This document shows positions 8,200-17,958 of a stretch of 64,000 bases of DNA, piece after piece (position 1 is the first letter of the stretch; each line of letters opens with the position of its first letter). Position numbers and translations under genes: made by a program. The stretch lies in NCBI RefSeq assembly GCF_052425735.1, contig NC_135763.1:14446001-14510000 (forward strand), given 5' to 3'. This DNA is from Oculina patagonica (Eukaryota). Below the pieces are notes generated by a model. The model had not been told where the DNA came from, ran no database searches, and worked only from the letters and a program-made list of their open reading frames with translations.

Positions 8200-8494
8200 A
8201 TGGAAGCCAATGAGAGGCAAACAGAAAGTGACGAAGAGGTACTGAGAGAAGTCTTAGCCCTCGAGGATAAGATTGAAGAAGATGAGACTACTATGGTTGG
8301 AAATGAGACTACTACTGGAGAAGATATAGAGGCTGAGAGCCCGGAGAGAGCTAGATTGGAAGAGGTACGTTGATGAGATGCGTTGGGTTATATTTGATTC
8401 GCCAATGTTTTTTATTTATACGATGTTCTTTTCATCGTAGAGTGCAAGTACAAGTGCAAGTACAAGTGGTGGTGGAGGAGAGTCCAATGAAGAG
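8200..8494 (+). CDS. Two predicted coding leader exons of pPolB (8200-8364 and 8441-8494)
   Basis: Exon 1 MEANERQ...ARLEE ends GAG|gtacgt. The intron ends ttttcatcgtag. Exon 2 SASTSASTSGGGGESNEE ends GAG|gtaact. Acceptor tttcctttgtttcaag| directly precedes ATG 8878. All junctions are phase 0 and in frame. Confidence 0.65.
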
Positions 8495-8877
8495 GTAACT
8501 AGTTATTAGAGTAGAGTTAATTCGTGTAACCCGTTTTTCATGTGCTTTTATGCTGTGTAATATTCTAATGAGCTGTACAGGAAAACAGAAAATTACGGAC
8601 AAATGTTCTTGTAGTCACTTTAAAGGCCCCTGTACTTTCCACGAGTACTGCTGACTCCGATCATTGCAGTCATATAGATAAAAAAACGTACATTCATTGT
8701 CTTATTGCCTTTGACTTTCAATTGAGAGGCCACGTTGACCGGAGAGTACGCAGATTTGTTCGAGACCACTGTACTTTGGAAGAGTGCTGATGACTCCGAA
8801 CATGGCAGTCATATAGATAAAAAAACGTGCATTTGTTTTTTTCCATCCATTCATTGCCTTATTTCCTTTGTTTCAAG

Positions 8878-11800
8878 ATGGAAGCTCCTTTTGAATTTGA
8901 ACTGAGAGGTCACGTGGACCGCAGAGTACGCAGATTTGGGCTCCACATCAGAAACTTTACCGGACGTTTAATACAGACAGGTGGTGGCGCCGCAGTAGGA
9001 TCCGCACCCCTGGGACCGCGCCCCGTACTCGTACAACAGATTGCCAGAGCCCTGCAGAGAGCCGTGCAGCGCCATATTTTGGACGACGGAGCCGTTGGAG
9101 ATGACGACCACTTGTTGATCAACATCAACAGTAACAGGATTCAAAATGCTTTTCATTCCAGACGGCTGAGAGTGGGAGAGTGGCGAGAAAACACCGTCGC
9201 TGCCCAACAGCTGCTAAAACAAATCAGTGACATGCTGAACAGTAATCAGACTTTTCAAGTGGACGACACGTTCAACCTAAACGTGTCTCACGTGCAAGAT
9301 CCAGGCCGAGGGGGAGACAACCAGAAACACAAACCCGGTTTGGACCCCATCGAGGACATCCTGCAAAAAAAAAAATGTGTCTTCAAGATAAAAAACACCG
9401 ACCAGTTATGCTGTGCCCGCGCCTTGGTGATGATGAAGGCCCGTGCCGATTTCGGGACCGACCATTGGTACTACTCCAACTTAAGGAAGTACGATACAGT
9501 ACAGGAAAGGGCTGCCAGGGAACTACACCGTTTGTCCGACGTGCCAGAAGGTCCTTGCGGGTTGGACGAATTGGCCAAATTTCAAGCCCACTTGAACGCT
9601 TACCAGATTGTGGTGGTGTCTGTCCAACATGGTTACCAGATCATCTTCAAAGGAGCACAACGCCCCGACGACAAACGTTTGATCTTGATCAAACACCATG
9701 ACCATTACCACGGCTGTACCTCCCTAGGGGGATTTTTTGGCAAGAGTTACTATTGTACCAAGTGCGAAAAGGGCTTCAGCCACAACGACCGCAAGGAGCA
9801 CAACTGCCCGGGGGCCAGGTGCGCCGCCTGCCATCAGACAGATTGCCACGAATGGAAGAGAGCCCACGCTGTACCCAGGGTGAACTGTACAGACTGTCAA
9901 CGGGACTTTTTTGGAACCCGTTGTCTTCAATTGCACAAGAGTCGCACCGACACCGGCAAAGACATGACCCGAGACAAGAGGAACAGCGTGTGTGACAAGC
10001 ACAAACGGTGTGCGGGCTGTTTCAAGACGTACGGTGACTATGAACTGAGAAACAGTCACAAGTGCGGCCACGCTCTCTGCCCGTCTTGTAAGGAATACCA
10101 AGATCTTCGCTACCACCAGTGCTACATACAAAATCCTCTCAAGGTGAAACAAAAACAGAACCGCAAGAGAACCAGCGCTGGTCAACGCAAAGAAGACCAA
10201 CCACCCGTGTTCGTCAGTTGGGACGCCGAAGCCACGCAGGAAGAAGGCCAGCACGTGGCCAACTTGATTTGCGCCCTGAGAGGAGACACCGACGAGAGGA
10301 GAACCTTCGAGGGAGAGACTTGCGTGAAAGACTTTCTCGCTTGGTTGAGGGAGATCGCCGAACAACACCGCGTCATAGCTGTCGCTCATAACTTCCAAGG
10401 CTACGACTCCTATTTCATCCTGAACGAGTTGTACGACCAAGCCATCTGCCCTGAACAAGTCGTCAATGGTGCCAAAATAATCAGCATGACCATCCCCAAC
10501 ATCACCTTTAAGGACTCCATGTGTTTTCTACAGATGAGCCTTGCTACCTTTCCCAAAGCCTTTGGCCTCACCGAACAAAAGAAGGGGTTTTTCCCCCACT
10601 TTTTCAACACGCAGGAACATCAAAACTATGTGGGCAGCATGCCTGCCAGAGACTATTACGATCCAGAGGGAATGTCCGCTGCCAGGAAAGCCGAATTCGA
10701 CAAGTGGTACGAAGAACGCGTGGCGGAGAATTACGAGTTCCACTTTCGGAACGAACTTGTCGACTACTGTCGCTCGGACGTGGAGCTGTTGCACGAAGGT
10801 TGCAAGGTCTTCCGGGCAGAGTTTCAAGCCATTGCCGGGTTCGATCCCATGGACCAATGCCTCACCATTGCCTCCGCCTGTAATCGCTTCTACCGCACCA
10901 AGTGCATGCAAGAACAGACGTTGGCTTCTGAACCGGTACGAGGCTGGGAAGGCAAGGGCAAACCTCACTCGCACGTCTCGCTGGAATGGTTGCTGTATCA
11001 AGACAGCCAGACGCAGGGTACCATCCGCCACGCCAGGAACGGTGGAGAACGAGCCTTGTGGATTGGAGGCCGTCTGATCAACGTCGACGGGTACGAGGAT
11101 CGCACGGTTTACGAGTTCCACGGCTGTTACTTTCACGGCTGTCCTGACTGTTTTCCCAATCGCGATCAGAAGCACCGGAAGATGGGCGACAGAAGTCTGA
11201 GGGACGTGTACGCGGAAACGCAACAAAAGACGCAACGGATCCGGGATGCGGGTTACCGCGTGGTAGAAATGTGGGAATGCCAGTGGAAAGCGCTCAAGGA
11301 CAGTGATCCCGAGGTGAAATCGTTCGTGGACTCGTTGGCGATCAACTCCCGCTTGGAGCCCCGAGACGCGTTCTTTGGCGGTAGAACCAATGCCGTCCGC
11401 CTCTATGACCTTGCCGAACCTGAAGAGGAGATCCGGTACGTGGACTTTACTTCATTGTACCCATGGGTAAATAAAAACTGTGACTACCCTCAGGGGCATC
11501 CCGAAGTGATCCTAGAACCGGGACACACAAACATTTCACAATTCTTCGGTCTGGCAAAGTGTACGGTGACGCCACCTTACGGGTTGTACAGCCCCGTGTT
11601 GCCCTATCGCCAAGGGGGTAAACTGACATTCCCCCTCTGCCGTACCTGCGTGGAAGTGGAGCAGCCCAAGCCATTGACCCAGCGATCCTCCAAATGCGCT
11701 CACAGCCCTCAAGAACGCCAACTGACCGGAACGTGGTGCACGCCCGAGTTGGAAGAGGCCGTCAAGCAAGGGTACGTGGTGGAGCACATTCACGAGGTGT

Positions 11801-12744
11801 GGCACTTTGACCGCAAATCCAACACCATGTTTAAAGAGTATGTCAACACCTTCCTGAAGATGAAGCAGGAAGCGAGCGGCTGGCCCTCGTGGGTGGGCGA
11901 CGATCCAGACAAGCGCCAGGAATACCTGAGACAGTTCTTTCTCAAAGAAGGCATCCAGTTGGATCCGGACAAGATTGAAAAGAACCCCGGACGCAGATCC
12001 CTGGCCAAGATCATGCTCAACTCCTTCTGGGGGAAATATGGCCAGAGAGGTAACAAGACCCAAGTAGAAGCCTTCACCTCTGCAGCTGAGTTTCACGACT
12101 TGTTAAGAGACGAGACCCGAGACATCCACGACATCCGGGTCGTCAATCCAGACATGTTGGAGGTGGTCCATAAGTGCAAGGAGGACTGTGCCAACATTCA
12201 ACCGGATATCAATATATTCGTGGCCTGCTTTACGACCACCTGGGCCCGTTTGAAGCTGTACCAAGAAGGTCTTTCCATCCTACAACCCGAACAGATCTTG
12301 TATTTTGACACGGATTCTCTAATCTACAAACACAGAGAAGGGCAACCCTCCTTACCGTTGGGTGATTACCTGGGAGACTTTACCAACGAGCTAGACGATG
12401 ATGACTTCATTGTGGAATTTGCCGCCGCGGGACCAAAAAACTATGCCTACAAGTCCAAATTGGGAAAAACCTGTTGTAAAGTAAGGGGTTTTTCCTTGAA
12501 CGTGAGAGGATCCGCCCATCTCAACTTTGAGACATTGAAAGACAACGTCCAATCCGAAGTGAAAGAGCCCTTGGCCGAAACGAGGAGCATTGCCCTGTTC
12601 AACCCTCACAAGATCACCCGAGACAAAACGACCAAAACCCTGAACACTGTGACGGAGATCAAGCGCTATCAAGTGGTTTTCGACAAGAGAGTGGTAGATG
12701 CCAACACCTTTATGTCATACCCCTATGGTTACTGTAAGGCCTAG
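8878..12744 (+). CDS. polB: Protein-primed family B DNA polymerase (pPolB) polyprotein, main exon
   Basis: Exo I WDAE, Exo II HNFQGYD, Exo III YCRSD, Pol A DFTSLYP, Pol B KIMLNSFWGKYG, Pol C YFDTDS. N-terminal DQLCCARAL...HDHYH (OTU-like protease), Cys-rich Zn region, and Vsr-like insert VDGY...YEFHGCYFHGC...MWEC. Frame uninterrupted. Confidence 0.97.
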   Translation: MEAPFEFELRGHVDRRVRRFGLHIRNFTGRLIQTGGGAAVGSAPLGPRPVLVQQIARALQRAVQRHILDDGAVGDDDHLLININSNRIQNAFHSRRLRVGEWRENTVAAQQLLKQISDMLNSNQTFQVDDTFNLNVSHVQDPGRGGDNQKHKPGLDPIEDILQKKKCVFKIKNTDQLCCARALVMMKARADFGTDHWYYSNLRKYDTVQERAARELHRLSDVPEGPCGLDELAKFQAHLNAYQIVVVSVQHGYQIIFKGAQRPDDKRLILIKHHDHYHGCTSLGGFFGKSYYCTKCEKGFSHNDRKEHNCPGARCAACHQTDCHEWKRAHAVPRVNCTDCQRDFFGTRCLQLHKSRTDTGKDMTRDKRNSVCDKHKRCAGCFKTYGDYELRNSHKCGHALCPSCKEYQDLRYHQCYIQNPLKVKQKQNRKRTSAGQRKEDQPPVFVSWDAEATQEEGQHVANLICALRGDTDERRTFEGETCVKDFLAWLREIAEQHRVIAVAHNFQGYDSYFILNELYDQAICPEQVVNGAKIISMTIPNITFKDSMCFLQMSLATFPKAFGLTEQKKGFFPHFFNTQEHQNYVGSMPARDYYDPEGMSAARKAEFDKWYEERVAENYEFHFRNELVDYCRSDVELLHEGCKVFRAEFQAIAGFDPMDQCLTIASACNRFYRTKCMQEQTLASEPVRGWEGKGKPHSHVSLEWLLYQDSQTQGTIRHARNGGERALWIGGRLINVDGYEDRTVYEFHGCYFHGCPDCFPNRDQKHRKMGDRSLRDVYAETQQKTQRIRDAGYRVVEMWECQWKALKDSDPEVKSFVDSLAINSRLEPRDAFFGGRTNAVRLYDLAEPEEEIRYVDFTSLYPWVNKNCDYPQGHPEVILEPGHTNISQFFGLAKCTVTPPYGLYSPVLPYRQGGKLTFPLCRTCVEVEQPKPLTQRSSKCAHSPQERQLTGTWCTPELEEAVKQGYVVEHIHEVWHFDRKSNTMFKEYVNTFLKMKQEASGWPSWVGDDPDKRQEYLRQFFLKEGIQLDPDKIEKNPGRRSLAKIMLNSFWGKYGQRGNKTQVEAFTSAAEFHDLLRDETRDIHDIRVVNPDMLEVVHKCKEDCANIQPDINIFVACFTTTWARLKLYQEGLSILQPEQILYFDTDSLIYKHREGQPSLPLGDYLGDFTNELDDDDFIVEFAAAGPKNYAYKSKLGKTCCKVRGFSLNVRGSAHLNFETLKDNVQSEVKEPLAETRSIALFNPHKITRDKTTKTLNTVTEIKRYQVVFDKRVVDANTFMSYPYGYCKA

Positions 12745-12762
12745 TTCTCCCACTGGCTCGTA

Positions 12763-12796
12763 TGGGGCATGCTGTTGTGTCCAACAGCATGCCCCA
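12763..12796. other. Perfect 15-bp stem / 4-nt loop hairpin just 3' of the pPolB stop
   Basis: TGGGGCATGCTGTTG-tgtc-CAACAGCATGCCCCA. Confidence 0.85.
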
Positions 12797-13211
12797 GATG
12801 GGAAACCTACCGCAACACGTTGATATAGTTTCAATCGTACCCACGTTGATCGTTCTCCATAACTGAATATTTAATAACTTACTTGTCGACATCTTTTGAG
12901 ATATAAACACTCTCGCCGCTCGATTCGTACTCGTTCCCAGTAAAACCGAGAAAGGGGGATACCCCCTCATCCCCCCGCTCTGACGTGTTTTTTTTTTTAA
13001 TACTTCACAAGCGTGCGTTTTTTCAGAATCGCTGAAGCAATGTAGACTCATCTGCGCATGCGTTTAGTGCAAAGTATTGAGTTCCAGATGCCACAAGGAC
13101 AGTATGGCACTTTGTGAACCATATCTATAGGATGGTGGTCTTGCTAACTTTTCATTCCCAGGGTGCGCGGCCACTAGGGCTTAGTGAACATTGACACAAG
13201 GAAAAAAAAAT

Positions 13212-13283
13212 ATCCCCAGCGAGGACTCGAACCTCGATTGCCTACCTCAGCGGCAGGAGTGATACCCGTTACACTACCGGGGC
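13212..13283 (-). ncRNA. tRNA-Gln(CTG)-like Pol III gene inside the Polinton (non-canonical)
   Basis: Minus strand reads GCCCCGG TA GTGTAACGGGTATCAC T CCTGC CGCTGAG GTAGG CAAT CGAGG TTCGAGT CCTCG CTGGGGA T: a 72-nt cloverleaf with A and B boxes and a T9 terminator at 13202-13210. G at position 33 and a G1-A72 mismatch are non-canonical. Confidence 0.75.
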
Positions 13284-13435
13284 TTTAGGACCACTTGTTA
13301 CCGTTTTTTAGTGTCTTGTACCTTAACAGAAAAAACCTGTTATTAAAAAAAACCTGTTTTTACACCTATTTTCTTGTCTTGTCGTTTTTTCCGCGCGAGG
13401 ACTGGGACCAAGTTCATTCTAACCGTTCGGGAACT

Positions 13436-13702
13436 GGGACCGACTGCTGTGACGTCATCGCCTCCGAGTCACGTGATTTTTTCCCGTTTCATCCATTTTT
13501 TGCCCCTTTTTAAAAAAAATTTCCGAGGGGGACTGGGGCGAGCGCTTTTTGGCCGTTGGGGCCTAGAACCGAGACTCGGACCACCCTGGGACCGACTCCT
13601 ATGACGTCATCCCTCCCAAGTCACGTGATTTCCCCCTCTACGCATGCGCAGAAATGCTGCTCTGTGATTGGCTAGATCCGAACTTAAGCGGTCCTTACTA
13701 CT
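13436..13702. repeat. Polinton terminal region (probable TIR) with a duplicated CRE + E-box module
   Basis: GGGACCGACT...TGACGTCATC...GTCACGTGATTT at 13436-13479 and 13588-13631, ending in ACTACT at 13697-13702. TIR length cannot be set without the other end. Confidence 0.7.
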
Positions 13703-14140
13703 ACCGTTCCAAATTTTTTTTGCTCCTTTTGCTTCCTTTTTTTCTGCCTTCTTATTCTCCTTACTTTCTACTCTTCATATCCTTTCTTTTGGCCAAAAAA
13801 GTTTTGACGTTATCATTGGAAAACACTGAAAAGGGGACCTTGACCAATTACAGGTGTACTGGCCTGTTTAAGCAACGATTTTGCACCAAAAATGGATTGT
13901 GCTTTTCTTTGATTAGCTCTGTCAGAATGCAACCGATATTCAAAATGAACCGTCCTATAGAAAGGTCGATCCAAGCTCTGTCAGATTCTTATCACGAAAT
14001 TCCACTGACGTGCTTATTGATGACGTCACAATTGAATCAATGACTGCACCTCCAAATAGCGCCTGAATGCGCGTTTAGGAGTGAAAGGGTTAAGGGCGCT
14101 TTCCATTTGACAGAACTGGCCGGCCGGCCCGGTGGTTAAT

Positions 14141-14861
14141 CAGGGACGGCGGAGCAATTTTCCAAGTTTGGGGGGGGGGGGGGGGCTGACTAGTAGGCAT
14201 GAATAGATTGTGCTAGTAAATTCAGGAAATGTTGCTTCACAATATACCCAAAAGTTGCTCTAAAGTTGCTCAAATGTCAAAAAGTTGTCAGCAAAATTTA
14301 GAAAAGTTGCTTGCTCTCTCGAGTTATTTCTATTTTCCTTGTCTGAAATTTCACCTAATTGCGATGCCATAAGTGACTCGCACTTCAGCAAATAAGAAAA
14401 TGGCCGGTGGGACGGCGGTAGGCTATATGCTACAGCGAATAACCGCTGGATTTAAGCGCCCGTTAGATAGATAGCCGCTGTCCAGATTTCGTGGGCGTAA
14501 AGCAAGTGTTATGTTATTGTATATCCTTAGTTTTAATCAAATCAGTTTTGATAAAGTCAGTTTTAATAAAATCCTTCAAAATGAAACGACCTTTTTATGG
14601 TTATTGGTGTTATATCAATTTGTTGCTCAAAAGTTGCCAAGGAAGGCAAAAGTTGCCCTAGGGTGCTGGTACTACAAAAAGTTGCTCAAAACGCTAAAAA
14701 CTGCTCAAAAGTTGCCGAGCACAATCTATTTATGCCTACTGACTAGTGACTTGAAGTGGGAAATAAGAGCTTTTTTCTTAGTAAGTCTCTATTTTTTCGG
14801 AAATTCTGGGGGGGGGGGCTAAAGCCCCCCAGCCCCCCCCCCCCCGGCTCCGCCGTGCCTG
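14141..14861. mobile_element. MITE with CAGG termini (hAT-like), interrupted by a second MITE
   Basis: TIRs cagggacggcggagc / gctccgccgtgcctg. No clear TSD. Confidence 0.6.
14194..14738. mobile_element. hAT-type MITE, nested insertion
   Basis: TIRs taggcatgaatagattgtgct / agcacaatctatttatgccta. 8-bp TSD CTGACTAG at 14186-14193 and 14739-14746. Repeated subterminal AAAGTTGC motifs. Confidence 0.85.
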
Positions 14862-15112
14862 GGTTTTGATGTGAAATGGGACTTTTCCACGATATTTTTC
14901 CACAAATCAAATGAGTCTTTTCCACGAAATTTTTCCACAAATCCACCAAAACGTTTTTTTAACAATGTATAATTTTTATGTATTAACTGATTTGATAGGA
15001 CAAATCTGACTAACAACGGAATCTTGTTTTCGAATACAGCAGACTCGCTAAAACGAGAATGTCCTTACATGACGAAATCGTTTAACACTGAAAAGATTGA
15101 CCCCGTCATTCA

Positions 15113-16219
15113 TCAGGTTTCGCTAAACGCGAAATTCTCTCCAATTTCCGGAATTATTTTGAAATCTTGTAGAGTTATTTCGTCTCGTTCACCATTTTCC
15201 GTGTTTCTTCTTATAGTCAAACAGTTCTTCCAAAACATAGCCACTTCTTTGAAGCCTTGACGATAGCTTCGCACAAACGTCATACAGATAATTGGGTTAA
15301 CTGTGGAAGATAAGTAAAACATAACACGAGAAAAAGCTCACAGTACTTTGTAAAATGAACATTGACTTCCGTCTAAAACGACATGCATAAGAATCATCGG
15401 AATATTACAGATGTAAAATGCAGCAATGACGCAGAGAGTCATCTTAATTGCTTGCTGTTTCCTTTGATCTTTCTGATGCACTGATGAACCACGAATGATT
15501 TTGTCTTGTTTTCGTAGAGTCACGACTATAACGCAATATAACAGTGTTACAGCAATCATTGGTCCCATGACAAAAAGAGCAGAACGCAATATATCATACA
15601 GCTTAAACGAAAAGGAAATACTCTTTGAATATGAACAGATGGTTTCTTTATTCTTTTTCACCAATTCATACGCATACGCATCGACAGAGCTCATTAAAAC
15701 CGCCAAGATCCAAGTTGTAACAATGACAAGGGAACGAAATCTTGACGAGATCAGATGGACTTTTATTGGAAAGACCACTGCCACAAACCGATCTAAAGCG
15801 ATGCACAAAAGGCTTCCTGTAGAAACTATAAATGAAGCACGTTGCAGAAAACTTATCGCCTTGCAGAAAATTAATCCTGTAACACCGCCGATGGGCCACT
15901 GCAAAGAACTGGACGCTATCTGTACCAATCTTGTAGGAATAACTGTTAACGGATAGATGAAGTCGGAAACGGCCATATTGACAATAAAGTAGTTCGTCGT
16001 CTTCCGTAACTCTTCACGCTTGTATACAATGACAATTATGAGAATGTTCCCAAGTAAGCTGGACAACAAAATGACGGAGAACACAAGAAGTAAACCAACC
16101 TTGACGGAAAAGGAATAGCCTAACACATCACATGCTTCATTAGGTTGGCTGAAAGTGGCGTTGCTGATATTTCCAGAATGGAATGTCCCGTTCAGCCAAA
16201 AAGACATTCTTGCTCGCAT
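15113..16219 (-). pseudogene. Class A GPCR (peptide-receptor-like), family A copy 1, with a single in-frame TGA
   Basis: GN, NMAVSD, DRF and NPIIC motifs. ORFs 15338-16231 and 15113-15322 are in the same frame, separated by a TGA at 15338-15340 where paralogues have TGG. Confidence 0.85.
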
Positions 16220-17060
16220 AGATGAAATCAAACAGGATTTTTCTGTGTTTCATCCAAGTTTATTTACGCTTATTGGCTTGCAACTGTATGAATAAAAACA
16301 CCTGCTGGCCTGCCAAGATTGGAAACCACTCTGCAACAGTGCGCTGTTCAATAGCATATCTTCCGATCTAAAACGTTGACGGATGTCAAATGTCTTTTAT
16401 TTCCGCTGTGTTACCTGGCTGGATTGACTTTATGCGAATGCAATGACTCTGGCTGAATCAGATTCGTTTTATGGCATGGTTTAAGAGTGTGAAAACTTGA
16501 ATCTTTCCTATCACTAAGGCTTTTCTCTGCAGGATATTCATGTCACAGTGCAAGTAACGACCGGCTAAGAGTTAAAAAGCAATGTACTTTTTGAATCCAG
16601 TCCATTGTAGTTGAAAAAAGCTATTTTTGGCAGCGCTTTAAATTTACAATTCTGACCAGTTTTAATGAACCTAATTCTTTCTCAAGTGTGGGGTTTTTGA
16701 TACTACAAAGTAGCGGGCGGCCTTGAGAAATTTACAGACATGTCTTTTGACAATTGAATAAGCCATCTTTGCAGGTTGTAAAAGGCAATTTACTTCAACT
16801 AATCAACGATGATAATTTTACCCTTTGTAAATAAGATACGTAAATGGAATAAGGTTTTCTACAATTTTGTAATGAGTACAAAACAATCATCCGTTCGCAA
16901 CATCTGGAACATCTTTCCGAGAATTAGGGTGATATCTTTAGTAATTTTCTACATCGATCTTTTCTACTTTTGCCTTGCATTTCTTGATTTTAAACGAAGG
17001 AGTTTGTAACCTTCTCTGAAACAAATAATCATGCTGTACTTCAATTTCGGACATTGACCT

Positions 17061-17958
17061 TAAAAAAGCCCATAGTACTTTGAAAGATGAACATTCACTT
17101 TCGTCTAAGACATGCATAACCATAAACGGAAGATTACAGATGTAAAATGCAGCAATGACGCAGAGAGTCGTCTTTTATTGCCTGCTGTTTTCTTTCATCT
17201 CTCTGATGCACTGATGAACCACGAAGGGCTTTGTCTTGTCGTCGTAGAGTCACGGCTTTAACGCAATATAACATTGAAATAGCAATCATTGGTCCAACGA
17301 TAAAAAAGATAAAACGCATTGAATAATACATATTGATTGAAAATGTAGTATTGTGCAAATATGTGCAGACGTTTCCTCCATTTTCTTCAACCAATTCATA
17401 CGTATATAGATCGACAGAGCTCATTATCACCGCCAAGATCCAGGTTGTAGCAATGACCGATGTACGAATTCTTGACGAGATCAGATGGACTTTCATTGGA
17501 AAGACTACTGCCACAAGCCGGTCTAAAGCGATACAGACGAGGCTTCCTGAAGAAACAAAAAATGAGGCATGTCGCAAAAAAATTATTGCCTTGCAGGAAG
17601 CAAAACCTGCTATACCGCCGATAGGCCACTGCAAAGAACTAAAGGCTATCTGTGCCAATGTTATAGGAAGAGCTGTTAACGGATAGATGAAGTCGGAAAC
17701 GGCCATATTGACAATAAAGTAGTTCGTCGTCTTCCTTAACTCTTCACGCTTGTATACAATGAAAATTATCAAAATGTTTCCAAGTAAGCTAGACAATAAA
17801 ATGATAAAGAAGACAAAAATTAAACCAATCCTGACGGAAAAGGAGTAGCCTAACACATCACATCCTTCATTGCGTTGGCCGAATATGACGTTGCTAACAT
17901 TTCCGGAATGGAATGTCGCGTTCAACCCAAAAGACATTGCAGTTGGTATCGCTGACAT
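17061..17958 (-). pseudogene. Class A GPCR family A copy 2, frameshifted and 3'-truncated
   Basis: Frameshift after QQAIK (~17175). Homology stops after KVLWAF at ~17061, so most of TM7 and the C-tail are missing. Confidence 0.85.

Larger units (their letters stand above)
1..13702. mobile_element. Polinton/Maverick (adintovirus-like endogenous dsDNA virus), right portion; left end lies outside the window
   Basis: Clustered pPolB, retroviral-type integrase, and major and minor capsid genes in dense, GC-richer, uninterrupted ORFs. Terminus ...TTACTACT at 13695-13702 (5'-AGTAGT on the minus strand) matches the typical Polinton end, followed by a switch to AT-rich host DNA. Packaging ATPase and protease are not in the window. 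Confidence 0.96.

Noticed and set aside
8910-12672. Many antisense and alternate-frame ORFs over pPolB
   Set aside because: Expected in GC-rich, codon-biased coding DNA. No motifs recognised.
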